From assembly GCF_042660085.1 (NCBI RefSeq), contig NZ_JBHSTI010000008.1, positions 1,869,876 to 1,901,875 of the forward strand: 32,000 bases of DNA. The letters are read 5' to 3'. The stretch is from Longivirga aurantiaca (GTDB lineage Bacteria; Actinomycetota; Actinomycetes; S36-B12; CAIYMF01). A program made the position numbers and the translations under genes. Position 1 is the first letter of the stretch; each line of letters starts with the position of its first letter. Positions 17,256 through 26,998 of this stretch are shown piece after piece. The notes under the pieces were generated by a model. It searched no databases and was not told the origin of the DNA. It saw nothing but the letters and a program-made list of their open reading frames with translations.

Positions 17256-19049
17256 GTGCGCGAGCACCACGAACCGGCCCTTGTCCCCGTCCCCTTGTCG
17301 GTACGGCTGACCGACGACGTCGTGCGGCACGCCGCCGAGGCGCCGGACGGGGTGGCGCTGTCCCGACGCGTCGGCGGCACCTGGATCCCGGTGACGGCCG
17401 CCCGCTTCGCCGAGGAGGTGCGCGCGGTCGCCCGCGGACTGGTCGCGACCGGGGTGTCGCCCGGCGACCGGGTCGCCATCATGAGCCGCACCCGCTACGA
17501 GTGGACCGTCGCCGACTACGCCGTGTGGTGGGCCGGGGCCGTCGTCGTGCCGATCTACGAGACGTCCTCGGCGGAGCAGGTCGAGTGGATCCTGTCCGAC
17601 TCCGGGGCGGTGGCGGTGTTCCTCGAGTCGTCACGACACGTCGACCTCTTCGCCGAGGTGTCCGACCGGCTGCCGGGCGTGCGCGACGTGCACGTGTTCG
17701 ACGACGGCGGCCTCGACACCCTCGCCAGCCAGGGCACCGGCATCGCCGACGACGAGCTCGAGGCTCGGCGCACCTCCGCCGGCGCCGACGACCTGGCGAC
17801 GATCATCTACACCTCGGGCACCACGGGCCGCCCGAAGGGCTGCGAGCTGACCCACGGCAACTTCGCGTTCGAGGCCGAGAACGTCGTCGCCGCCACGCCG
17901 GAGGTCTTCAAGCAGCCCGGGGCCTCCACGCTGCTGTTCCTCCCGCTCGCGCACGTGTTCGGCCGCATCATCGAGGTGGCGTGCATCCACGGCCGGGTCA
18001 ACCTCGGGCACGCGCCCGACCCGACCAAGCTCACCGAGGACCTGCCCGGCTTCCGCCCCACGTTCCTGCTCGCCGTGCCGCGCGTGTTCGAGAAGGTGTT
18101 CAACGGCGCCCAGCAGAAGGCCATCGCGGCGGGCAAGGGCTCGATCTTCGACAAGGCCGCGCACACGGCCGAGGAGTACAGCCGTGCGCTCGACTCCGGC
18201 TCCGTCGGCGTCGGTCTGCGCGTGCGGCACGCGCTGTTCGACCGGCTCGTCTACTCCAAGCTGCGCACTGCCCTCGGCGGACGCGTGCAGTGGGCGGTGT
18301 CGGGCGGGGCGCCGCTCGGCGACCGGCTCGGCCACTTCTTCCGCGGGATCGGCGTCACGATCCTGGAGGGGTACGGCCTCACCGAGACGGCCGGGGCGAC
18401 CACCGTCAACCGGCCGACCATGCTGCGCGTCGGCTCGGTGGGCCGGCCGTTCCCCGGGGCCGGGGTGGCGATCGCCGACGACGGCGAGGTGCTGCTGCGC
18501 GGACCGCACGTGTTCCGCGGCTACTACAACAACCCCACGGCGAGCGCCGAGGTGCTGCAGGAGGACGGCTGGTTCCGTACCGGCGATCTCGGCGAGCTCG
18601 ACGCCGACGGATACCTGTCGATCACCGGGCGCAAGAAGGAGCTGCTCGTCACCGCCGGGGGCAAGAACGTGGCTCCGGCCGTCCTCGAGGACCGCGTCCG
18701 GGCCCACTGGCTCGTGAGCCAGTGCATGGTCGTCGGCGACAACAAGCCCTACATCGGCGCGCTCATCACCCTCGACCCCGAGTCCCTCCCCTCGTGGGTC
18801 GCGCAGAACGGGAAGGACCCCTCGCTGACCGCGGCCGAGCTCGCCTCCGACCCTGACCTCGTCGCCGAGCTCCAGCGGGCGGTGGACGAGGCCAACAAAG
18901 CCGTCTCGCAGGCCGAGTCGATCCGCCGCTTCCGGGTGCTCACCGTCGACTGGACCGAGGCCACGGGCGAGCTCACGCCGTCGATGAAGCTGCGCCGAGG
19001 GGTCGTGATGAAGGAGTTCGGCGGTGAGGTGGAGTCGCTCTACGTGTAG
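17256..19049 (+). CDS. Long-chain fatty acid--CoA ligase / AMP-dependent synthetase
   Basis: IIYTSGTTGRPKGCELTH, EGYGLTET, GWFRTGDLGELDADGYLSITGRKKELLVTAGGKNVAP. GTG start preceded by AGGAGG. Confidence 0.93.
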   Translation: MREHHEPALVPVPLSVRLTDDVVRHAAEAPDGVALSRRVGGTWIPVTAARFAEEVRAVARGLVATGVSPGDRVAIMSRTRYEWTVADYAVWWAGAVVVPIYETSSAEQVEWILSDSGAVAVFLESSRHVDLFAEVSDRLPGVRDVHVFDDGGLDTLASQGTGIADDELEARRTSAGADDLATIIYTSGTTGRPKGCELTHGNFAFEAENVVAATPEVFKQPGASTLLFLPLAHVFGRIIEVACIHGRVNLGHAPDPTKLTEDLPGFRPTFLLAVPRVFEKVFNGAQQKAIAAGKGSIFDKAAHTAEEYSRALDSGSVGVGLRVRHALFDRLVYSKLRTALGGRVQWAVSGGAPLGDRLGHFFRGIGVTILEGYGLTETAGATTVNRPTMLRVGSVGRPFPGAGVAIADDGEVLLRGPHVFRGYYNNPTASAEVLQEDGWFRTGDLGELDADGYLSITGRKKELLVTAGGKNVAPAVLEDRVRAHWLVSQCMVVGDNKPYIGALITLDPESLPSWVAQNGKDPSLTAAELASDPDLVAELQRAVDEANKAVSQAESIRRFRVLTVDWTEATGELTPSMKLRRGVVMKEFGGEVESLYV

Positions 19050-19115
19050 GCGACGCCTAGCCCGTACGCACCACACCGACGCGCCCCGCGGCCGCGACCG
19101 GTGCAGGATCCTCCT

Positions 19116-19838
19116 ATGACCGAGACGGGGGCCGCGGCTGCGGCCGTGGACGTGCGCGGCCTGTCGGTGTCGTTCGCCTCCGTGCACGCCGTCGACGGGC
19201 TCGACCTGCGCGTGCCCGCAGGCGGCGCGGTCGCGCTCGTCGGCCGCAACGGGGCCGGCAAGTCCACCACCCTCCGCGTGCTGGGCGGGGTCCTGCCTCC
19301 GAGCAGCGGGACGGTGGTCGTCGCCGGCGTGGACGCCGTCCTCGAGCCGAGGCGCGCCCGCGAGGTGGTGGGCTACTGCCCCGACGTCGGCGGCCTCATC
19401 CCCCGCGCCACCCCCTGGGAGCACCTGCAGCTCGCGGCGCGGCTGCGCGGGCTCGACCGCTGGGAGGAGCGCGCCCGCGAGCTGCTGGAGCGCTTCGACC
19501 TCGCGGGCGCATCGGACCGGGTGACCGCCGGCTTCTCGCACGGCATGAGCCGCCGCCTGTCCGTGCTCCTGGCGGCGTTCCACGAGCCGGCCGTGCTCCT
19601 GCTCGACGAGCCGTTCGACGGCGTCGACCCGCTCGGCGTCGAGGCCACGCTCGAGGAGATCCGTCGCGCCCGCATGCGCGGCGCCGCCGTCCTCGTCTCG
19701 ACCCATCTGCTCGGCCTCGCGGTGCAGGCGTGCGAGGAGGCGGTGGTCCTGCGCGGGGGACGCGTGGTCTCCGCCGCGCCCGCCGCCGACCTCGCCGGCG
19801 ACGAGGGCGCGGCGCGCTACCGGGCCCTGCTCTCGTGA
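19116..19838 (+). CDS. ABC transporter ATP-binding protein
   Basis: Walker A VGRNGAGKSTTLR, signature FSHGMSRRLSVLLA, Walker B VLLLDEPFDGVDPLG. Confidence 0.93.
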   Translation: MTETGAAAAAVDVRGLSVSFASVHAVDGLDLRVPAGGAVALVGRNGAGKSTTLRVLGGVLPPSSGTVVVAGVDAVLEPRRAREVVGYCPDVGGLIPRATPWEHLQLAARLRGLDRWEERARELLERFDLAGASDRVTAGFSHGMSRRLSVLLAAFHEPAVLLLDEPFDGVDPLGVEATLEEIRRARMRGAAVLVSTHLLGLAVQACEEAVVLRGGRVVSAAPAADLAGDEGAARYRALLS

Positions 19839-21397
19839 GCGCGGGTCAGGTCGGCCCGCTGTTCGCCCTGCGCTGGCGGATGATCCGCTCGCGCGCGGTC
19901 CAGTCCGGCCTGGCCGTGCTCGGCGTCTCGGCGCTCGGGCTCATCGTCCTCGGCGTCGTGGGCGGGGCCGCGTCGCGGCTCGGACGCGCGACGGCGTCCG
20001 ACATCGGGCTCGGCGACCTCGGCGGCGCGGTCGACCGCACCGGCGAGGTCGCGGCCCTGCTGCCCTCGGCGATGCTCGCGTTCGCGCTGCTGTGCATCGT
20101 GGCGCCGCTCGCGGCGGGTGGCGGCCAGGAGCTGATCCCGGAATCGCAGCTCGTGGCCTACCCCGTCCGCATCGCGACGCTGGTGCGCATCGGGTTCCTG
20201 CTCTCGCCGCTCAACATCGCGTGGTACCTCCAGGTGCTGCTGCTCACCGCCGCCACCGGGTACGCCGTCCGCGGCGACGCCGGGCCGCTCCCACCGGTCG
20301 GGGTCCTCGTCGCCTACCTGATCGCCTGCACGGCGGTCGGGCAGGCCCTCGGCTGGGGCATCGTGGGTGTGCGCCGCACCCGGAGCGGCCGCCGGTCCAC
20401 CTGGGCCCTGCTCGGAGTGCTGGTCGCGATCGGCGGCTGGGTCGTCGTCACGGACCGGGGGGCGGCTCTGCTCGACAAGAGCCCCACGTTGAGCGTGCTC
20501 GGGGCCCAGCTCCAGGCCGCGGCGCTGGTCCCCTCCGGCTTTGTGCCGTTCGTGGTCGGCTGCCTGGTCGTCACCGCCCTCGGCTACCTGGTGGCCGTAC
20601 GCGTCGCCGCCTGGGCGCTGCGCAGGCCCGGCGACCAGGGCGTCGACGGCCCGCTCGCCCGCCCGGTCGCACGGCGCCCGTTCGAGTCCGCGCCGACGGC
20701 GTACCGGATGCTCCTGCGCGTCGACCGCGCCTCGCTGTGGCGCTCTCCCCCGCTCCGGCGAGGGCTGCTCGTGCTCGGCGTCCTCCCGGTCGCGGCGGCC
20801 GCGCTCGCCTCGCTGCCGTGGTCGTCCATCGCCCTGCTCCCCGCGCTCGTCGCGTCCGGTGCCGCGCTCCTGTTCGGAGTCAACGCGATGTGCCTCGACG
20901 GCTCGGGGGCGCTGTGGATCTCGACGCTGCCGCACGACGCCGAGGTCGTGCTCCGCAGCAAGGCGCGGGTCGTGGCCGAGGTCTGCAGCGCGCCCGTCGC
21001 GCTCGTCCTCGTGGGCGCGGGCCTACGGGCGAGCGCCCCGCCCGACCTCGTCGACATCGTCGCCACGGTCGGCGCAGCGGTGAGCTGCACGGCGCTCGTC
21101 GTCGCCACGGCGATGCGCCTGTCCGTCACCCGCCCGCACCGCGCCGACCTGCGCGGGCCGCGCGACACGCCCGCCCCGCCGGGCACCATGGCCGTGTACT
21201 CGGCGCGCCTCGCCCTCGTCACGACCACCATCGGGCTCGGCTTCTCCGCCGCCACCATCGGCGACTCGATCCTGCCTCCCCTGCTCCTCACCCTCGGGCT
21301 CCTGGCCTGGGCGGCCTACTCGTGGTCCCGCACCCGACGCCTCTGGAGCGACCCGGTGCGGCGCGCCCACGTGGTCACCACGGTCGCGGCGGGCTGA
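19835..21397 (+). CDS. ABC transporter permease (ABC-2-like)
   Basis: Multi-TM protein; GTG start overlaps the ATPase stop (GTGA) at 19835. Confidence 0.8.
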   Translation: MSAGQVGPLFALRWRMIRSRAVQSGLAVLGVSALGLIVLGVVGGAASRLGRATASDIGLGDLGGAVDRTGEVAALLPSAMLAFALLCIVAPLAAGGGQELIPESQLVAYPVRIATLVRIGFLLSPLNIAWYLQVLLLTAATGYAVRGDAGPLPPVGVLVAYLIACTAVGQALGWGIVGVRRTRSGRRSTWALLGVLVAIGGWVVVTDRGAALLDKSPTLSVLGAQLQAAALVPSGFVPFVVGCLVVTALGYLVAVRVAAWALRRPGDQGVDGPLARPVARRPFESAPTAYRMLLRVDRASLWRSPPLRRGLLVLGVLPVAAAALASLPWSSIALLPALVASGAALLFGVNAMCLDGSGALWISTLPHDAEVVLRSKARVVAEVCSAPVALVLVGAGLRASAPPDLVDIVATVGAAVSCTALVVATAMRLSVTRPHRADLRGPRDTPAPPGTMAVYSARLALVTTTIGLGFSAATIGDSILPPLLLTLGLLAWAAYSWSRTRRLWSDPVRRAHVVTTVAAG

Positions 21398-21461
21398 CCG
21401 GGCGCCCGTTCCGGGCCGCGTCTCACCTCAGGTGACGGTCCGATGGCCGCACGGTCACAAA

Positions 21462-21481
21462 GGGTCATACGTTCGGACGAT
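21462..21481 (-). promoter_or_regulatory. Tad-unit-associated motif, copy 2 (upstream of cpaB)
   Basis: Plus-strand GGGTCATACGTTCGGACGAT; reverse complement ATCGTCCGAACGTATGACCC matches copy 3 at 17 of 20 positions. Confidence 0.55.
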
Positions 21482-21654
21482 CCGGCGTACCGATCGGCGC
21501 AACCGACGTTGCGCAGCGTTCGCACGCACCGCGCGACCGCTAGCGTACGTGCGGGGCCATCGTCAGGGTGGTGGCGCCCACCGGGGGGTTCGTCCTCGAG
21601 CCGCCCGGTGTCCGCAGAGCCGCGCACGTCGTGGTCGCACCGCGAGAGGTCCTC

Positions 21655-22374
21655 ATGGGTCGTCGCACGATTCTGCTCATCGCCGCACTGCTGGCCGCCG
21701 TCCTCGGCGTCGTCCTGGTGTTCCTCTACGCGGACAACGCGCGCAAGGAAGGCTTCGAGAACCAGACCCTCGTCAAGGTCATCGTGGCCAAGTCCGAGAT
21801 CGCGGCCGGCACCACCGGCGCGGCCGCCTCGGGCGCGGGCGCCTTCGAGGAGAAGGAGATCCCGCAGGAGGCGGCCGCAGCCACCGCGCTGTCCGACGCC
21901 ACTCCGCTGCAGGACCTCGTCGCGCTCACGACCATCTTCCCCGGCCAGCAGATCATCAGCCAGCAGTGGGGCACCGCCGGCCAGCTGACGCGCCTGCCCC
22001 TCCCCGAGGGCAAGATCGCGCTCTCGCTGCAGCTCGGCGACCCCGAGCGCGTCGCCGGCTTCGTCTCCCCCGGGTCGACCGTCGCCATCTTCGCGACGGG
22101 TGGCCCCCGCGTCCGGACCCTGCTGGCCGGAGTGACCGTCATCGGCGTCGGCGCGACGGGCCTCAACTCGGCCCCCACGCCCGAGGGGGAGCAGCAGACC
22201 TCGTCCGCGATCCTCACCCTCGCCCTGACCCAGGCCGAGGCCGAGAAGATCATCTACGCCCAGGGTGGAGCGGCCGGATCGACGTACACCGGCCTCTACT
22301 TCGCCCTCATGGACGACAAGTCCGAGGTCACCCCGAACGACCCGGGCGTCGACGACACCAACCTGTTCCGCTGA
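21655..22374 (+). CDS. Flp pilus assembly protein CpaB/RcpC-like (SAF domain)
   Basis: MGRRTILLIAALLAAVLGVVLVFLYADNARKEGFENQTLVKVIVAKSEIAAGT...LVALTTIFPGQQIISQQW...LPLPEGKIALSLQLGDPERVAGFVSPGSTVAIF. Confidence 0.85.
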   Translation: MGRRTILLIAALLAAVLGVVLVFLYADNARKEGFENQTLVKVIVAKSEIAAGTTGAAASGAGAFEEKEIPQEAAAATALSDATPLQDLVALTTIFPGQQIISQQWGTAGQLTRLPLPEGKIALSLQLGDPERVAGFVSPGSTVAIFATGGPRVRTLLAGVTVIGVGATGLNSAPTPEGEQQTSSAILTLALTQAEAEKIIYAQGGAAGSTYTGLYFALMDDKSEVTPNDPGVDDTNLFR

Positions 22375-22426
22375 GCGCGGCCCGCACCACCGAAGCCGAC
22401 AGCACGAGGGAACGAGGGCACGCAAC

Positions 22427-23623
22427 ATGACCGCGATCGTCGAGTTCGACCCGGTGGGCGTCGACTCCATCAAGGGCGCCCTGGGCGCGGACGCCCTCGT
22501 GCTGCCGAGCCTCGACATCCTGCGGACGCATCTCGACACCAACCCGTTCGAGGACTGCATCGTGCTCGGGCCGAGTGTCGACCAGCAGGACGTCTTCGCC
22601 CTGGCCGAGTCGTTGCGCGTCACTCGGCCGAGCCTCGGCGTGGTCATGGTCCGGCGGCGCATCGACACCGCGGTGCTCTCGGACTCGCTCCGGGCGGGCG
22701 TGCGCGAGGTGGTGCAGGAGCGCGATCTCGCGGGTCTCGCGATGGCAGTACGGCGCCAGCGCGACATCGCATCACGGCTTCGCCACCAGCTCGAGCGCGG
22801 TGACGAGGTCGTCAGCTCGAGCACGCACGGCCGCGTCGTCACGGTGTTCTCGGCGAAGGGTGGCTGCGGGAAGACCACCCTCGCCACCAACATCGCCACC
22901 GCCATCGCCGCCAGCGGCAAGGGCACGGTGGCCCTCCTCGACCTCGACCTCGCGTTCGGCGACGTCGCGATCGCGCTGCAGCTCTTCCCCACCCACACGA
23001 TCGGGGACGCGGTCGCGATCGGCGAGGACCTCGACGGCGAAGCCGTGCGGGGCCTCCTCACGGCGCACCGCAGCGGTGTTCAGGCGCTCGTCGCACCGAT
23101 GGAGCCGAGCACCGCCGACACCATCAGCGTCGGGCTCGTCACCAGCATCATCGACGTGCTGCGCGACGAGTTCGACTACGTCATCATCGACACGCCCCCG
23201 GCGCTCGACGACAACGTGCTGTCGGCGTTCGACCGCAGCGATGTGGTGGCCCTGCTCGCCACCCTCGACATCCCGGCGCTGAAGAACCTCAAGCTGACGC
23301 TGGAGACCCTCGACCTCATCGGGTACCCCCGCGACCGGCTCAAGGTCGTCCTCAACCGCGCCGACTCCAAGGTGGGTCTCGCGCTGTCCGAGGTGGAGAA
23401 GACCCTCAAGGCACCGATCGTCGCGCAGATCCCCTCGAGCAGGGACGTCCCCGCCTCGACCAACCGTGGCGTCGCCATCGTCGTCGACGAACCGAAGAAC
23501 CCCGTCAGCCTCGCCATCAAGGCCTTCGTGGACGAGAACATCCTCGTGACGGCGAGCAACGACGACACCATCCCGCCCCAGCTCCGAGCAGACAGGCGCT
23601 CCGGCCGCCTGTGGAGGAGGTAG
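22427..23623 (+). CDS. CpaE/TadZ-like pilus ATPase (MinD/ParA family with N-terminal receiver-like domain)
   Basis: N-terminal IVLGPSVDQQDVFALAESLRVTRPSLGVVMVRRR; deviant Walker A VFSAKGGCGKTTLATNIATAIAASG; LLDLDLAFGDVAIALQL. Confidence 0.9.
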   Translation: MTAIVEFDPVGVDSIKGALGADALVLPSLDILRTHLDTNPFEDCIVLGPSVDQQDVFALAESLRVTRPSLGVVMVRRRIDTAVLSDSLRAGVREVVQERDLAGLAMAVRRQRDIASRLRHQLERGDEVVSSSTHGRVVTVFSAKGGCGKTTLATNIATAIAASGKGTVALLDLDLAFGDVAIALQLFPTHTIGDAVAIGEDLDGEAVRGLLTAHRSGVQALVAPMEPSTADTISVGLVTSIIDVLRDEFDYVIIDTPPALDDNVLSAFDRSDVVALLATLDIPALKNLKLTLETLDLIGYPRDRLKVVLNRADSKVGLALSEVEKTLKAPIVAQIPSSRDVPASTNRGVAIVVDEPKNPVSLAIKAFVDENILVTASNDDTIPPQLRADRRSGRLWRR

Positions 23624-23625
23624 TC

Positions 23626-25008
23626 GTGAGCCTCGCCGATCGTCTGGCCCAGGCACGTCGCAGCCGTTCGGGCACGCTTCCCGAAGGTGAGCCCGAGGGC
23701 GGCCCGCGCTCGCGTCGTACCGCGAGCGTCGATCCGTACAGCGAGCTCAAGCGTGCCGTGCACGCCAGCCTGCTCGAGAGCCTCGGGCCGCAGCTCTACG
23801 ACTCGCGCCTCACCGAGAACGAGCTCGAGTCCAAGGTTCGCGCCACCCTGCAGGAGGTCCTCGCCAACGAGGACACCCCGCTGACGGTCCAGGACCGCGC
23901 CCGGCTCTCGCAGGAGATCGCCGACGACATCCTCGGCTACGGCCCGCTTGAGCCCTTCCTGCGCGACGCCGAGGTCACCGAGGTCATGGTGAACGGCCCG
24001 TCGATGATCTACGTCGAGCGCGCCGGACGTCTCCACGCTGTCGACGGGCACTTCAACGACGACGCGCACCTCCGACGCACGATCGAGAAGATCGTGGCCC
24101 GCGTCGGTCGGCGCATCGACGAGGCCTCACCGATGGTCGACGCACGCCTGCCCGACGGCTCGCGCGTCAACGCGATCGTGCCGCCGCTGTCGATCGACGG
24201 ACCGATGCTCACGATCCGCAAGTTCGCCGCGGACCCCTACGGCGCCGAGGACCTCATCTCCTTCGGCACGATGACGAACGCCGTCGCGGAGTTCCTCGCG
24301 GACTGCGTGCGCGGGCGCCTGAACGTGATGGTCTCCGGCGGAACCGGCGCCGGAAAGACCACCACCCTCAACGTCCTCTCCTCGTTCATCCCGGACGACG
24401 AGCGGATCATCACCATCGAGGACGCCGCCGAGCTCCAGCTGCACCAGGAGCACGTCGTGCGCCTCGAGTCGCGGCCGCCGAACATCGAGGGCAAGGGCGA
24501 GATCAAGATCCGCGACCTGGTCCGCAACTCGCTTCGTATGCGCCCCGACCGCATCGTGGTCGGCGAGATCCGCGACGCCGCGGCCCTGGACATGCTCCAG
24601 GCCATGAACACCGGCCACGACGGCTCCATTTGCACCGCGCACTCCAACGGCCCCCGCGACACGCTCTCCCGGGTCGAGACCATGGTGCTCATGGCCGGTG
24701 CCGACCTGCCGCTCAAGGCCATCCGCGAGCAGGTCTCGAGCGCCCTGGACCTCATCGTGCACCAGTCCCGCTTCCGCGACGGTTCGCGGCGCATCACCCA
24801 CGTGACCGAGGTCGTGGGCATGGAGGGCGACGTCGTCACGCTGCAGGACATCTTCGTGTTCGACCACAGCGCCGGCTACGGGGAGACCGGACAGGCCCTG
24901 GGGCAGCTCCGCTCGACCGGGCTGCGCCCCAAGTTCCTGGACAAGCTCGCCGCGAGCGGAGTCATCGTCGACCCGTCGATCTTCGCCTTCGAGAAGTTCG
25001 GAGCCTGA
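23626..25008 (+). CDS. CpaF/TadA secretion ATPase
   Basis: [111 protein letters not shown] start with GGAGGAGG upstream. Confidence 0.95.
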   Translation: MSLADRLAQARRSRSGTLPEGEPEGGPRSRRTASVDPYSELKRAVHASLLESLGPQLYDSRLTENELESKVRATLQEVLANEDTPLTVQDRARLSQEIADDILGYGPLEPFLRDAEVTEVMVNGPSMIYVERAGRLHAVDGHFNDDAHLRRTIEKIVARVGRRIDEASPMVDARLPDGSRVNAIVPPLSIDGPMLTIRKFAADPYGAEDLISFGTMTNAVAEFLADCVRGRLNVMVSGGTGAGKTTTLNVLSSFIPDDERIITIEDAAELQLHQEHVVRLESRPPNIEGKGEIKIRDLVRNSLRMRPDRIVVGEIRDAAALDMLQAMNTGHDGSICTAHSNGPRDTLSRVETMVLMAGADLPLKAIREQVSSALDLIVHQSRFRDGSRRITHVTEVVGMEGDVVTLQDIFVFDHSAGYGETGQALGQLRSTGLRPKFLDKLAASGVIVDPSIFAFEKFGA

Positions 25009-25011
25009 CCC

Positions 25012-26997
25012 ATGCTCGTGTCGGGACATCGTCGACGCCGGTGGCGCGCGGCAGCGGCTGCCGGCGCGCTGCTGGCCGTCGCGTTCGGGGTCGCGCCCGC
25101 GGCCGCCTCGACGACGGGCGGCATCGTCGGGCGCATCGACGGGTTCGAGCCCGGCAGCAGCGGGACGCTCACGATCGGCTTCTCCGCGCTCGGTCTGACG
25201 GCCGGCCAGTCGGTGGACCAGGGCTCGGTGAAGGTCACCATCGGCGGCCAGCCGGTGGAGGCCACCACGCAGCTCGCCTCCGACTCCGACTCCCTGCCCA
25301 AGCGCACCACCGTGCTCACGATCGACACCAGCGGCAGCATGGCGGAGCAGGGCTTCGTCGAGCCGGCGAAGCAGGCCGCGCGCGCCTACCTCGACGCCGT
25401 GCCCGCCGACGTGCTCGTGGGCCTCGTCTCGTTCAACTCCCAGCCGGCGATCGTCGTGCAGCCGACCACCGATCACGATGCCGTCGCGGCCGCGCTGGAC
25501 ACCCTGCAGTTCCGGGGCGGCACGGCACTGTTCGACGCCGTCATCCAGGCCAACCGCCTGCTCGGCGACGAGGGCATCCGCAGCCAGCTGCTGCTGTCCG
25601 ACGGCCGGGACACCGAGTCGTCCAACAGCGGGGAGAACGCCGCCAAGTCGCTGGTCGACTCGGACGTGACCCTCGACGCCGTGGCCCTCGGCCCGCAGGT
25701 CGACCTCACGCAGCTGCAGGCGCTCGCCACGGCCGGCAACGGCGTCGTGGTGGAGGCGGGAGACTCCCAGCAGCTTACGGACGTCTTCACCTCGGCCGCC
25801 GCGGCCCAGGCCGGCGCCGTCGCGATCACGGCGGTGGTTCCCGAGCCCCTGCGCGGCACCTCGGTCAACGTGGTCGTCAACGCGACGGCCGGCGGCCAGG
25901 CGGTGACCGACGAGGCCCTGTACATCGGCGGTGCCGAGCCCACTGCGGCGCCGACGCAGGACTTCGGCCCCGTGCCGGTCCCGCCTGCCGATCCGGGGAT
26001 CTTCGGCACCACCTGGATCCTGCCCGTCTCGCTCGCGGTCATCGGCCTCGGGCTGTTCGTGCTCCTCGCCGTCGCGTTCCTGTCGACGGACCGCGAGTCG
26101 CAGCAGGCCGGCCGACTGCGCCGTCGGCTGTCGCGCTACTCCCTGACCCCGCGCCAGGAGAGCGCGGCGGCGACCTCCGGCGCCCTCGGCGACAGCGGGG
26201 TCGCCCGCTCGGCCGTGGAGCTCGCCGGCCGCGTCGTCCAGCGGAGGGACATCGACACCGCTCTGGGCACCAAGCTCGAGGCGGCAGGGGTTCCCCTGCG
26301 GCCCGCCGAGTGGCTCCTGATCCACATCGGCATCGCCGTCGGCCTCGCGATCCTGTTCACGCTCCTCAGCGGGTTCAGCGTCCTGGCCACGCTCATCGGC
26401 CTCGCCATCGGGCTCCTGCTGCCGTACGCCTACCTGGCGATCAAGGACGAGCGGCGCAAGTCGCGGTTCGCCGCCCAGCTCCCCGACACGCTGCAGCTGC
26501 TGTCCGGGTCGCTGGCGGCCGGCTACTCGCTCCCCCAGGCCATCGACACCGTCGTGCGCGAGACCGACGGGCCCATGGCCGCCGAGCTCAACCGGGCCAT
26601 CGTCGAGGCCCGGCTCGGCGTCCCGATCGAGGACGCGCTCGAGACCGTCGCCCGCCGGATGAACTCCGTCGACTTCGCGTGGGTGGTGATGGCCATCCGC
26701 ATCCAGCGCGAGGTGGGTGGCAACCTCGCCGAGGTGCTGAGCAACGTCGCGGCCACCATGCGTGAGCGCGAGCGGCTGCGCCGCCAGGTCGAGGTCCTGT
26801 CCGCGGAGGGCCGGCTCTCCGCAGTGATCCTGGCGCTGCTCCCGATCCTCTTCATCGTCTACCTGGTCATCGCCCGGCCCGACTACCTGAGCGTCCTCTA
26901 CACCACGCCCCTCGGCATCCTCATGATCATCGTCGGCGTCATCCTGCTCATCGGCGGCTCGTTCTGGCTCCGCAAGGTCGTCAAGGTGGAGGTCTGA
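25012..26997 (+). CDS. Von Willebrand factor A domain fused to TadB-type T2SSF inner-membrane protein
   Basis: Signal peptide, VWA domain with MIDAS VLTIDTSGSMAEQ, TM helix, then T2SSF domain FAAQLPDTLQLLSGSLAAGYSLPQAIDTVVRETDGPMAAELNRAIVEARLGVPIEDALETVARRMNSVDFAWVVMAIRIQREVGGNLAEVL. Confidence 0.92.
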   Translation: MLVSGHRRRRWRAAAAAGALLAVAFGVAPAAASTTGGIVGRIDGFEPGSSGTLTIGFSALGLTAGQSVDQGSVKVTIGGQPVEATTQLASDSDSLPKRTTVLTIDTSGSMAEQGFVEPAKQAARAYLDAVPADVLVGLVSFNSQPAIVVQPTTDHDAVAAALDTLQFRGGTALFDAVIQANRLLGDEGIRSQLLLSDGRDTESSNSGENAAKSLVDSDVTLDAVALGPQVDLTQLQALATAGNGVVVEAGDSQQLTDVFTSAAAAQAGAVAITAVVPEPLRGTSVNVVVNATAGGQAVTDEALYIGGAEPTAAPTQDFGPVPVPPADPGIFGTTWILPVSLAVIGLGLFVLLAVAFLSTDRESQQAGRLRRRLSRYSLTPRQESAAATSGALGDSGVARSAVELAGRVVQRRDIDTALGTKLEAAGVPLRPAEWLLIHIGIAVGLAILFTLLSGFSVLATLIGLAIGLLLPYAYLAIKDERRKSRFAAQLPDTLQLLSGSLAAGYSLPQAIDTVVRETDGPMAAELNRAIVEARLGVPIEDALETVARRMNSVDFAWVVMAIRIQREVGGNLAEVLSNVAATMRERERLRRQVEVLSAEGRLSAVILALLPILFIVYLVIARPDYLSVLYTTPLGILMIIVGVILLIGGSFWLRKVVKVEV

Positions 26998-26998
26998 C

